A stretch of DNA of 58,732 bases from Parvularia atlantis (taxonomy: Eukaryota), in NCBI GenBank assembly GCA_943704415.1, contig CALSCO010001648.1, positions 1 through 58,732 on the forward strand, written 5' to 3'. The notes under the pieces are model-generated. The model saw only the letters and a list, made by a program, of their open reading frames with translations. It was not told the origin of the DNA and searched no databases. The position numbers were made by a program, and so were the translations under genes. Within the stretch, counting starts at the first letter, position 1, and each line of letters begins with the position of its first letter. Below are positions 1 to 12,000 of the stretch, piece after piece.

Positions 1-30
1 GGGGGGGGGCGTGACGCGCGCGCGCGGCAG

Positions 31-1281
31 AAAGCGCGATCACCGACCGAGGAGGAGGAGGACCACGCGGGGCTGACCGGGCGAAGGACGATGCCACCAC
101 GGGGTGCGTGCGGCGCAGTGCGCGGCGCCGGGCACCGCCCGCGTGCTCAGCAGCGGCCGTGGCGCGGCAGGCGGCCACCGCGACGCCGAGGACACCGACA
201 GCGACGCCGACCAGGTCGTCGCCGACCAGGACGACGCGCTCGACAAGGCGCACGACCACGGCCGGACCGACGACGAGATGTCGTCGGACGGTGCGGCGCG
301 GCCCCGGGCGGCGTCGCGGGGTGCGGGGCACTGACGGGCGTGGCGCCGCACCGCAGGCGAGAGCGACGTCGACGCGAGCGAGACGCGGCGGCGCGAGGCG
401 CTCGAGCACATGGCGCGGATCGAGAAGGAGTTTGCGGAGCTCAAGGACCGGCTGTACCAGGAGAAGATCTCGGGCCTGACGAAGGAGATCGAGCAGGTCA
501 CGAACGGTGCGGGCGGCGCGCGGCGCGTCGTGGCGACGACGGGGCGGCGTAACGCGGCCGGCCCGCAGGCACCCACGCAGAGTTCCAAGAACAGCTCAAC
601 AGCCTCGAGCGCAAGAAGACCGAGAAGCTGCGCGTGGCGCAGGTGTGGCACGAGTACCAGCGCGTGTGCATCGACAACATCTACCGCGCCGAGTGCGAGC
701 ACGCTGAAAACGACCACATGGTGCTGCCGCTGCCGTGCCCTCTTCTCGCGTCGCTGACGCACTTGTGACTTCCAGACCGAGCGGCAGACCATGCGCGAGC
801 AGCTGCTGACGGGGCTGCAGGACAAGCTCAAGCGGCTCGAGGAGGAGCGCAGCTCGATGGAGATCACGTCGAGTGCGTCGCTGCCCTGCCCGGCGCGCCC
901 TCATTGCTGACGCGTCCATACAGCCGCGCGCGCCGAGGCCAACAACGACGCTGCCGCGCGCGCCCCGACCACGCGCAAGCAGCGGCGGCGGCAAATCGAC
1001 CAGGTGCGCGCGTGCGCGCGTGTGTGTGCTTTCCTCGTCTTTGTCGTGACGCGGGCGCGCGCAGATGGACCAGAAGATGCTCAAGCGGCGCGCGGTGGCC
1101 GGGCCGCAGGCGCTGCCGCCGCTGAAGGAGCACGAGATGATGGAGGACCTGCTGGCGATCCGCAAGGTGCGGGGCGGCCGCGTCGCCATCTGCCGTCGCT
1201 GACGTCGGCGTGGCCCGGCAGAGCATGCCGCAGCTGTCGCGCCGCGCGGCGCAGAAGAGCGCAGCCAGCCACGGCACATGA
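31..1281 (+). CDS. Sds3/BRMS1-like Sin3-HDAC complex subunit (5' partial, multi-exon)
   Basis: Spliced translation ...ETRRREALEHMARIEKEFAELKDRLYQEKISGLTKEIEQVTN|GTHAEFQEQLNSLERKK...LQDKLKRLEEERSSMEI...EHEMMEDLLAIRK|SMPQ...HGT* matches the Sds3/BRMS1 coiled-coil pattern. GT-AG introns with CTGAC branch points; TGA at 1279-1281. No start codon in the window. Confidence 0.8.
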
Positions 1282-1603
1282 TCGTCGTCGGCCGCGCGCG
1301 CTGTACCATAGAGAGGCCCTTTCCCTGCTCGCTTTCGCCCCCCTTCCCCCCTCCTTCTGCTCGCGCCGCGCCGCGCGGCTTCCCCCGCGTGCCCCTCGCG
1401 CCGTTTCCCTCCGTCTCTGTCGTTGTCACCCGCCCGTTGATCGCTCGTTCGCCCTCTTCCCCTCGTGCACGCGCCCGCGCCTCACCGTCATCCCCCCCCG
1501 CCGCGCCGCCAGCAGACCGCCAGAGTCGTCCGCAAGCCTCCAGCAGCAGAGGTGCGCGGAGCGGACGGGTGCAGCGGTAGTTAAGCCCCGCGCGCGCCGG
1601 CAG

Positions 1604-3296
1604 ATGGCTCCGATCCGCGCCGCCGTGGCCGAGGGCAGCGCGCACGTGCCCGACACGGACGAGCAGATGATGGAGATGGATGAGGAGGTGCGTGCTGGGC
1701 GGACGGCGCGGCGGCCAACGCGCTGAGACGCGCGGGGGGCGCGCGCGGCAGAGCTTCTACCAGGACATCGACGAGCTGCAGAAGCACGGCATCAACGTGG
1801 CAGACCTGACCAAGCTCAAGCAGGCCGGCGTGTGTACCGTCAAGGTGCGGCAGGCGGCTGGCAGCGGGCGGCACGGGCTCGCTGACGTGCGGCGATGGCA
1901 CGCACGGCACAGGGCGTGCAGATGTGCACGCGCAAGAGCCTGCTGCTGATCAAGGGCATCAGCGAGGCCAAGGCGCGCAGCGCGAACGGCCGTGCCTCCT
2001 TGTGCTGACAGCGCACGCTTTTGCAGGTCGACAAGATTAAGGAGGCCGCCGCCAAGCTCGTCGACTCGGGCTTCATCACCGCGATGGAGTTCTCGGTCAA
2101 GCGCGAGAAAGTCGTTCGCGTGACCACCGGCAGCGCCGAGCTCGACAAGCTACTGGGCGGTGCGTGCGGCGCGGTGTCGGCCGGTCCGGCGCGCTCACGG
2201 CACGCTCGGCGCAGGCGGCATTGAGACGCAGGCCATCACCGAGATCTTTGGCGAGTTCCGCACGGGCAAGACGCAGCTGGTGCGCGTATACCCTGCCCCA
2301 CGCGGCACGCGACTGACTGCGCCGTCCAGTGCCACACGCTCTGTGTCGCCGCGCAGCTGCCGATCAGCGCCGGCGGCGCCAACGGCAAGGTCGCGTTCAT
2401 CGACACGGAGGGTGAGCGCGCCCGCGGCCACCTCGTGGTGCATCGCGCCCTGACGGCCGGCGCAGGCACATTTCGCCCCGAGCGCCTGCGCCAGATCGCC
2501 GAGCGGTTCAACGTGGACGCGGAGGCGGTGCGGCGCCGCTGCGGCACAAAAAAAAAAAACGAGTAGCTCAGGCCTGCGCGGCGCAGGTGCTCGAGAACGT
2601 GATCTACAGCCGCGTGTACAACTCGGACGCGCAGGTGCGTGCCACGTGCCGCGTGTATATGTGTGTGTGTGTGTGTGTGTGCGCGCCCAGGTGCTGACGC
2701 CGCGGCCAGATGGACGCGCTGACGGTGCTCGCGGCCAAGTTCCACGAGGAGGGCGGCTCGTACCGCATGATCATCATCGACTCGATCATCGCGCTCTTCC
2801 GCGTCGACTACAGCGGCCGCGGCGAGCTCTCGGAGCGTCAGCAGAAGCTCAACTCGGTGCGCCGCGACGCGGGCGGACGACGCGGGCGGGCGCTGACGCT
2901 TCTGGCAGATGCTCTCGCGCCTGATCAAGCTCGCGGACGAGTACAACATTGCCGTCGTGATCACGAACCAGATGACAGCCGATCCGGCCGGTGGCATGAC
3001 GTTCGTGGCCGACCCGAAGAAGCCGGTGCGCGCGGCGTGAATGCGCAAGGGCTGGGCTGACGAACGCGAGCGAAGGTCGGCGGCAACATCCTCGCCCACG
3101 CGAGCACGACGCGGCTGTCGCTGCGCAAGGGCCGCGCGGGTGTGCTGCTGTGCGAGTACGTGGCGTGGCTGAGGCGCGCGTGCGTGTGCGGCCGCCAGAG
3201 CAGCGCATCTGCAAGATCTACGACTCGCCCAACCTGCCCGAGAGCGAGTGCGTGTTCCAGATCGGCGTGGGCGGCATCACCGACGCCAAGGACTGA
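1604..3296 (+). CDS. DMC1: Meiotic recombinase DMC1 (about 11 coding introns plus a likely 5'UTR intron at 1551-1603)
   Basis: Spliced protein contains [23 protein letters not shown], Walker [77 protein letters not shown] and [10 protein letters not shown]. The AKFHEE, ERQQKL and MTADP signatures are DMC1-type rather than RAD51-type. Confidence 0.96.
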
Positions 3297-3373
3297 AGCC
3301 GCGCGCGCGCGCGTGAGCGAGGCGCGTCTGTCTGTGTGTCTGTCTGCTGAGTCAGGGCGGGACGCGGGGTGCG

Positions 3374-6300
3374 ATGGCGGGCTGGGACGTCGACGTCGAC
3401 GTCGACCTGAGCGGCGACGAGGGCAGCGGCGACGAGGCGGTCGGCGCTGACGTGCGTCGTGTGCGCGGCGCCGTGTCACGCATCACCCTCACGGCCGCGC
3501 GCGCCGCAGACGCCGCCGCCGACGCGCGGCGCGCTGAGCGACAGCGTCGTGCTCGTGCCGTCCGTGGCGGCAGCAGCAGCAGCACCAGCGGCGGGCCACG
3601 GCGGCGACCCGTTCGAGATCGTCGACCACACGTCGGCCTCGCCCTGGGAGAGCTTTGTGACGTCGATCGAGGACCTGCTGCACCTGTGGCGGCTGCACGG
3701 CGACGACGACAGCGCCGGCGGTGGACACGGCGGTGCGCGGGGGTGCCGCCGCTGCTGCTGCCGCTGCCGCCGCTGCTGATGACGACGACGACGACGTTGG
3801 CGCCGCACAGAACGGCGCGCGCGCCCCGGTCACACCTTCGAGCTGCTCTCGTTCGCGGGCGCGTCTTACACGCTCGCGTACCACTGCCACGCTCCGCGCC
3901 CCGCCCCGCCGCACGACGAGCCCGCGCCGCCGCACGCGCACGCCGACGAGGTGCCGGCCGGGCTGGCGCGGCTGCTGGGCGCGCCGCGCGCCGACTTTGC
4001 CCACGGCGAGCACCTGGCACGCTGGTTCGGGCTGCACGAGCTGCTCGTGCTCGCGCCCGAGGCCGCCGACGCCGACGCCGACGCCACCGCCGCCGCGGAC
4101 GGGCGCCAGGCCGAGCTGCTGCTGTCGTCGCTGTGCATCGCCCTCGCCAACACGCGGTTCGCGCGCTCGGCCCGCGAGGCGCGCCTCACGACATGCGCGC
4201 GCCAGGTGCACTGTCCCCGCCTTCGTGCCCGTTGGTGGCGCGTGGCGTGAGCACTTCACCGGCTACGCCCTCGTCGACAACGTGCAGGTCCGCCTCGACA
4301 GCACCCTGCGCGACCAAGTCCCGCGCACACACGCGCACCTCGCCGGCCTGACCGAACTCTTCGGTGCGCGTGCGCGCCGCGTCACCCGCCCGCCCGCCCT
4401 GCGCACGGCTCACGCACCGCGGGCAGCGTCCAAGCTCAACTACAGCGCGTCCGTCCCGCGCAACTCGCTCGAGATCCGCTGCGCCGCGCGGCTCACGTTC
4501 AAGGTTACCGCGTCGTACGAGAACAACTGGCGGCAGGCCGTGTTCCGCCCGCCGGTGCGCGCGCGCGCGCGGTGTGCCCGGCCCGGCCCGGCGTGCGCTC
4601 AGACACGGCGATAGGGGGCCGACTACGTCTTCTGGGGCTCACGCTGGGACCCAATCGAGGATCTGCAGCTCGGCGCGGTCTGGCCGGACTTTGCCGAGTA
4701 CCAGATTGCCGACAACCAGGCCTCGACAGACCTCGAGGCGGCAAACGCGCCCGTCTGGACACTCACGTGCGCGCGCTCGCGCGGCTCTGCGTCGGCCTGA
4801 ACCAGGCACGCTCGACCCGCCAGGCGCAAGCTCGGCGAGCGCGTGTCGCACCCGATGTCCAACGTGCTCGACGTGCTCGTGGCCACCGCCGCGACCGCGC
4901 TCGACGCCAGTCTCGACTCGCAGCCCGGCTCGCCGCGGCCCGGTCGCGACGACCCCATGTTTGCGTCGACCACGGCGGCAGACGTCAACGAGACCGTGCG
5001 TGGCAATCGACTGCTGCGCCACGCCTGACATGCGTGTGCGCCAGGACGAGACGGCGCACTCTGGCTTCACGTGGGACAGCGCGGCCAAGGGCGGACTGCC
5101 GCCGGGCGAGCGCGACGACTTTGCGGGCGTGCGACCTGAGGCCGCCAGCAGAACGAGCAGCGGCGGCAATGGCGCGGCACGGGGGTGCGCGGCGACAGAC
5201 GAGTTGCGCAGGCACCGACAGCGCACGGCAGGGCGCGCATCGTGGGCATGATCGGCTCGACGCTCGGCACGGCACTCGGCCGCCAGTCGAGCGACGCGCT
5301 GCCAACCGAGGACGAGGTGCGCGGCGCGAGCTGACCGCTTATCGCGGCTGACCATTCTGGCCAGCTCGACGACCTGCGCACGCTGCTGTTTGCGCCGCGC
5401 GAGCCGGTTGTGCTGCGCGACTACTACCAGGACGTCGACCTGCGACTCGACCGCGCGTGTCCAAAGGGCTCGCTCACGTGGCAGATCGCCATCCAGGTCC
5501 TACTCTCGGCCGCCGACACGTCCGTGCAGGTGCGGTCTGCGCTGTGCGTGGTCGCACTGCCTGAGCTACGACGCACCCTGCAGCGGCTGGCGCTGATCTG
5601 GAACCGCATTGTGCACGAGATTCGGCAGCACTGGGAGAAGAGGTGCGCGGGGGCGTTTGTGTACGCATCGGGCCAGAGCTGACGACCTTGCGCAGCGTCC
5701 TGCTCGTGCGCATGGGCACGGATGCGCCGGACCACCGCGCGTGCCTGCTACACCAGAAGCTGCAGCTGTTCAACTACTGCGTCAAGCGCAAGCGTGCGTG
5801 CCCTGTCCCGCGCAAGACTGCCGCTGAGCGCGCACGCAGGTCAAGAGGAGCAGTACCACTTTCGCCAGTCCAAGAGCAGCCCGCGACGCACGCGCGGCGG
5901 CAAGTCGCCGCGGGCGTCGCGGGCCGTGAGCGAGGACGAAATGGACGGGGTGCAGAGCCCGGCGCTGTCGAGCGAGCCAGTCGAGACGGAGAATGAGCTG
6001 TTCGCTGCCGGGCAGACGGCAGACAGCAAGCTCAGCCGCGAGGGCGCCCTGCGGCCGCTGCAGGGCGTGTACTTGAAGAACCACCTGGACGAGCTGGTCT
6101 ACGAGCCGATGACGCAAGTGCACCCGACAGCGACGCTTGCGCGTGGGGTGGGCTGGGCTCACGCGTGCGCTGCAGGAGATTGGCTTCATGACGGAGGACA
6201 TGCTCCATGAACAGCAACAGCAGCTCACGGACATGGGCACGACGGCCGAGGCGACGCTCGCCCGCGCGCGGCTCCAGACCGTGTCGCTGCAGTCTGGTGC

Positions 6301-7286
6301 GTCGCCGCGACAAGGCGCGTCCCAGTGACTCACGGCCGCGCGCCCACGCAGACATGGAGGCGTTCAAGGCGGCCAACCCGGACGCCGAGCTGGAGGACTT
6401 TGTCCGGTGGCACTCGCCCAACGACTGGGTCGACGGCCGCATGAGCGCGCGCATGACCGAGCCGAACAACCTCTGGCAGACGACGTGGGCTGTGCGTGCT
6501 AGGCCGCAAGCCCGCGCATGAACCAGCGAGTGATGCCGCCTGCCGCAGAGCGCCGAGGCCGTGCCCGCGCACCGCCAGCGGCCGCTCTTCCGCTTCGAGC
6601 AGGAGGCGATGAAGGTGCTGCACTACCTCGAGAACATCAGCGTGGCCGAGCTGCTGCAGCAGTGCGTGCCGCCCGGGGGGAGCGGGTGAGCGCAGGCATG
6701 TGCGGCTGACGGGGCGCCGCAGGGTGCTGCCGACGGCGTTCCTGGTCGCGTGTGAGTCGCTCACGGTGCAGCGCGACCTGTTTGCGGCCTGTGAGCCGCT
6801 GCGCGACGGGATAGCCGCCGTGCACGCGCGCCTGCGCGCCGTCGACTGGGACGATGTCGGGCTGAGCCTGGGCGAGCTCAGCCGGGCCGTGCAGGCGATT
6901 CGGCGCATCGAGCTGCAGGCCGCGACGGCGCTGTCGCTCCTGAGCAAGGTGCGCGCGACCGCACGGACGGGCCAGTGCGCCCGCCTGACGCGCACGCTCT
7001 CGCACAGATCGGCCCCAGCCAGCGCGACCTCGTCTCGCGCACGCTGCTCGCGCGCGAGACCGAGCTGCTGAGCGACGCCGAGCGCAACGCGGTCGACGTG
7101 TACTTTATCGAGCGCGGCGGCCCGCAGATCTTCGCCGAGCCGGTCCAGCGCGAGTTTGTGCTGCGCGCGCTGTCGCCGCAGCCGTCGCCGGCCTCGCGCG
7201 TGCTGCTGCACCGGCTGTACGCGTGCATCACCGGCTACGGCATGCGGCTCGCCGAGGCGTACGCGCACGACACGCTCTTCTTCTGA
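3374..7286 (+). CDS. RAB3GAP1: Rab3 GTPase-activating protein catalytic subunit (multi-exon)
   Basis: Exons encode DPFEIVDHTSASPWESFVTSIEDLL, CLLHQKLQLFNYC, VYEPMTQ..FMTEDMLHEQ, ARLQTVSLQSDMEAFKAANPDAELEDFVRWHSPNDW and a C-terminus EPVQREFVLR..PSPASRVLLHRLY..MRLAEAYAHDTLFF*. Confidence 0.92.
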
Positions 7287-7323
7287 CGACTGTTTGTCTT
7301 GTCTGCCTCCTTGTACAACGGAG

Positions 7324-8266
7324 CTAAGCGCGGGTGGCGCTGCCGGCGCCGACGACGTGGATGTCAGCGCGCAGCGGGAGCAGCTCGATCGCCTGGACGG
7401 TCACGCTGTCGTCGGCGGGGCTGAACGTGCAGACGACGTCGACGCTGTCGAGCGCGAAGGTGAAGGGCTCGGCCGCCTCGCGGTCGGCCTGCTTGTGGCG
7501 GCGCCCGATGCTGCGCGGGTCGGAGCGGAGCACGTCGTTGACGGCGGCGACGAGCTCGGCGGACGAGTGAAAGAGGCGCAGGTGGCGCAGCTCGTCGAGG
7601 CGGCGCGCGGCCGCGGCGGCGTTGGGCGTCCAGCGCACGGTGAGCGGGCGCACGCGGTGGTTGAGCACCCAGCCGGCGACACGGCAGTCGGCGTCTGTAG
7701 GCGTATGCGCGTGGCGTCAGTGCGGCTGGGATGGGCCCGCGGCGGCGCACCGGGCGCGACCGAGTCCCACTGGGGGATGTAGGGCTTGACGTCAAGCACG
7801 GGCGTGCCGTGGATGAGGTCGACGGCGGCGAGATGCAGCGTTGCGCCGTCGACGCGGTCGAGGCGGCAGAGCGAGAGGCCGAGCGGGTTGGGGCGGTGGG
7901 GCGCGCGGGTCGAGAACACGCCGGTCTTCTCGCCGTCGCGCATAGGCGGCTGGATCTTGGCGCGGAGGCCGATGCCGCCCCCGTTGTCGTGGAAGAGGAA
8001 GAGCAGCCACACGTGCGAGTACTCGTCCAGCCCGGCCAGGTAGTGCTCCGAGTTGGCCCCGACGGCCACCGTCAGCCGCGCGCGCGCCGTGGCGCACACG
8101 AAGCCCTGGCGCGGCGTCCCGTTCTTGGTCAGGAAGACCGACTCGAGGTAGCTGCACGGCGCGTTTGTGGGTGAGCGGCAACGGGTGCAGACGGAAGGCG
8201 GCGCACCCGATCGGGGTGAAGAGCGTGCTGGACGGGCTGGACACGCGCTCGGGGCCGCTGCGCTGC

Positions 8267-8301
<35 letters not shown>

Positions 8302-8777
8302 ACCGCTGTCGTTCTCGTCCGCGTCGTCGTCCTTGCCGGCCGCGGCGCCCATGTTAAAGTCAAAGTGCGCCTTGCGCACGGCGCGCTGCACGGCTGAGTC
8401 GTCGACGCCGAGCTGCGCGGCGGCGCGGACGACGTCGAGCTGGCGCAGGTGCTGCCGCTGGAACGTGCGCAGCCTGCACCCCGGTCGCGGCCGTCAGCCG
8501 CGCGCGCGCACGTCCAGCAATCGGTGCTGCGCGCACATCGCGTTGAGCCGCGCCAGCTCGTTGCGCACGGCGCGCGCCTCGCCGTCCAGCTGCCGCAGCG
8601 CCGCGTGGGCCGTGGCGGCGTACGTCGCGGCGCGGCCGTAGACGAGATCGGCCTCGAGCGGCTCGCCCTCGTCGCTCGCGTCGCCGGCGGCATCGAGCGG
8701 CGGCGGCAGCGCGGCCCAGTCGACGCGGCCGTCGGGCAGCAGCGGCAGCACCGTCTGCGCGCCCGTCAGCAACAACC

Positions 8778-8810
<33 letters not shown>

Positions 8811-8991
8811 CCTGATCGCGACGCCGCACGAGGAACGCGTCCGCCCCGAACGTCGCGCGCACGTCGGCGGAACACGGCAGCCGCACGGCCGCGCCGATGC
8901 GCCCGGGTGCGACGGGCGTGGCGGGCGTGGCCTGGCCGGCGACGTGCGCGTGGCGGCGCGGCAGGTGCACGACCATCGTCTCACCCGACAT
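7324..8991 (-). CDS. TRMO: tRNA m6t6A37 methyltransferase TrmO/TsaA family, with N-terminal extension and coiled coil
   Basis: LFTPIG|YLESVFLTKNGTPRQG, LAGLDEYSHVWLLFLFH, KIQPP..GVFSTRAPHRPNPLGLSL, DLIHGTPVLDVKPYIPQWDS and C-terminal VLRSDPRS. The start codon (ATG 8991) is tentative. Confidence 0.9.
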
Positions 8992-9067
8992 CTGCACGAA
9001 TGATGTGCGCGGGACGCTGCCAACACGTGTGCGATCGTCGCGGCGACGGGTGCGCGCGACGACTAAC

Positions 9068-12000
9068 TCAGGCCCAGGCTGGGCACGCCCAGAGTGGTGC
9101 CGTCCCTTGGCCAGCCACGCTGCATGCGCTGTTGCCGGTCGCCGTCAGCGGTCTAGACGCGGCCTGGCCGGCAACGTGTGCGAGGCAGGTGCAACACGAT
9201 CGACACTCACGACAACATCGAGGCAGCGACAAAGGCGACGAGCACCGCCGTCGACAGCAGCGTGAGCGGGTCGCGCCAGGGCGACGTGGCCGTGCTCGTC
9301 GCAGCGCTGTGCCGCGCCGTCGTCGCAATGTCTGCCGCGCGCCGTCAGCGCGAAGTCGCGAACGGAGGCGAGCAGGCGCACCCTGCTCGATCGCAGACAG
9401 CTGCTCCTGCAGCCGCACCACCTGCGCGTTGACGGCGTGTGCGCGCTCAACCAGCGCGCCGTACGACATCGGGGACGGCAGCAGCGCCGGCAGTGACGAC
9501 GACGTGGGCGCGCTGACGAGCACGGCCGACGACGACGCGTCGCTGATTGACTTGACGTCGTCCTCGTCCGCCGCGGTGTGCACGACCGGCGCCGGCGCCG
9601 GCACCTTGTCGTCGCGCACCTCGAGCCCGTTCACCACGAGCCGCTTGCGCTTGTCGCTGCCCGGCACGATGCGCAGCGACACCGTGCCGACGCCGCTCAC
9701 GGTCTCGTCTGGTCGCGAGCACGCCGTCAACAGGCGGGGACTCGCCGCAGCCCACACAGCGCACCCGTCAGCTCGAGCGTGCACGGCGGCAGCAGACGCG
9801 CGCGCACGCCCCGCGTCGGCGTCAGCGTCACGGCGATCGCGCCGGCAGGGTAGCGCTGGGGCGAAAAGCAGATGCGCGTGTGCTTCTGCGCGTTGCGCGG
9901 CGCGCTGACGTACTCGGCGCTGCGCGGGGAGCGTCGTTAGCTCATGGCGAGCGCGCAAACGGGCCGCGCACCGATACTCGTTGGACGACAGGTCAAACTG
10001 CGGCATGGCCGTGAACGTGCCCGCGAGCGACGCGACTTGCGGCGGCGCCCCGGAGCTGGCGACGCACCCGCTGTCAGCCCGCGCCAACACAACCGAATGA
10101 TTGATTTGCGCAAACAGACCTCACAAGCAGGTCGCGCACGTTGCCGACGCACTTGGGCACCTCCTTGGACGCGAGCTGCAGCAGTGAGCTTGGGATGGTC
10201 CCGTTCGGGTTCGTCTGCGAGACGTCTGGTCGCGGTCACGCGTCAGTCAGCCGTGCAAACGGCGGGCATGCAGCCACCGCGCTTACAGAGGACGCGCACA
10301 CGAGGCGCGCCGCTCGCGGTCTTGCCGAGCGACTTGATGTGCCACACGGCGCAGTCGGTTTGCGCGCGGGTGAAATTGGGGTCGACCTGGCGGGCGTCGT
10401 GTGAGCCACCGCGCCCGAACAGCAGCTGCAGCAGTGCAGCGCCGCGTACGGGGACTTTGCTGTCGACGACCGAACCCGCGAGGTAGTACAACGACTGGTC
10501 CTCGTTCTGGTGGATGGCCACGAGCGCGCACAAGTCGCGCGGCCCGGCCGGCCACTGCGGTGTCGTCCTCAGCCCCCGTCGCATGAGCAAGCGCTCGCAC
10601 GGCACACGCACGCGGCCCTTGAGCTTGGTGTGCACGAGCATGGCCGTGTCGCTCAGCGCCTCCTTGACCGTCGTGTGGTCGTACATCTCGTCCCAGCGCT
10701 TGCGCGCGGTGTCGTCGCGGATGGTCGCGAGGATCTGCGGTTGTCAGCCGGCCCGGGCGCGCCACCGGGATCACGCGCACCTCGAGCATGCTAAAGCCCT
10801 CGAGCGTCGTGTTGCCGGCGAGACGGCCCATTGGGTGGCCGGGGATCTGCGCGCGAGCGTGAGCGCAACAGCAGCAGCAGCGGCAGCCGGCCGGCCACGC
10901 ACATCCTTGCGCATCAGCAGCAGGTTGTCCTTCTTGCTCATGACCGACCAGCCCGTGGACGCGTCCGGCACGCCTGCGCGCGTGTCAGCTGCACCGGCCG
11001 CGCGCGCCGTGGCATTGTACCATCACGCCACTCGCCCAGATACTCGTGGCTGATCTTAATCAGCCGCTCGACGTCGGCCGCCCAGCGGTGCGGCTGCGCG
11101 CTCGCCGGCACGGAAGCCAGGTTCGGCACACCAAAGGGCAGCTCGCGTGGCGCCTCGTCGACCACGGTGGCGGCTTTGCTCGCGCTCGCGGCAGTTTCCG
11201 CCGGCGGCTCGGGCTGATCGACCGGCTGCTCCCCCGACGGCGCAGCGACGGCGGCAGGGGTGTCGAGCAGTGCGGCCGCGGCTGGGTTGACGTACGCGGT
11301 GATGGGCAGCTGGTGGCCGTTGACCTGGCGCGGCGTGTGAGCTGCAGACGCCTAAGGAGGCGAGCGCGCCACGCACGACCGCAACGGGCGCCGACGGGCT
11401 GGCGTGCGCGGGCGCGAGCTTGAAGCGCACGACGGTCCCGTCGGCGTTGCTACCCTGCGCGTGCACGGAACATGAGGCGGGCACGGCGGGCTTTGAGCGC
11501 GAGGCCACCTGCGGGTGCAGAATGAGGTGCAGCCCTTTGATGCCAAACTGGTCGGAGGACTGCGCCGTCGCCCTGCGCACCGAGTGAGCGCATCGATGCG
11601 CCCACGGCGGCCGCGCACTTGAGCACGGTGTCTGGCTGGATGGTCACGTCGAAGCCGCCCGGGTAGCGCATCGCCGCGAAGTACAGCTCAAGGTAGGGCG
11701 GGACGGCGCCCGTCTGCTCGGGCACGGCGAGGCGGTACGCAAACGTGTGCGTCGACGTGTCATGCACAAACACGGGCGGCTCCTAAGGCAAGTGCGCGTG
11801 TTGGCGCGTGGCGATCGCCCGCGCGCACGACGCACCACAGGTACACCCATCTTGCGCACGAAGAACGCGGGCGGGCCGAACGTCTCTGCGTAGCTGATGA
11901 TGCGGCCGACGACGAGCGGCGTCTGCTCGGCGAGCATCTGTGCGCGGGGCCGCGTCAGCTGGCCTGGGCCCACATCTGCTCGGGCGGCGCGCCTTGGTGA

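Noticed and set aside
1..10. G-run at the window start as a telomere; G-run at about 19271-19287 and A-run at about 2548-2559
   Set aside because: Simple homopolymers with no telomeric repeat unit; the internal ones lie in introns and may be sequencing-length artefacts.
1604..3296. RAD51 as an alternative identity
   Set aside because: The diagnostic segments ([33 protein letters not shown]) match DMC1.
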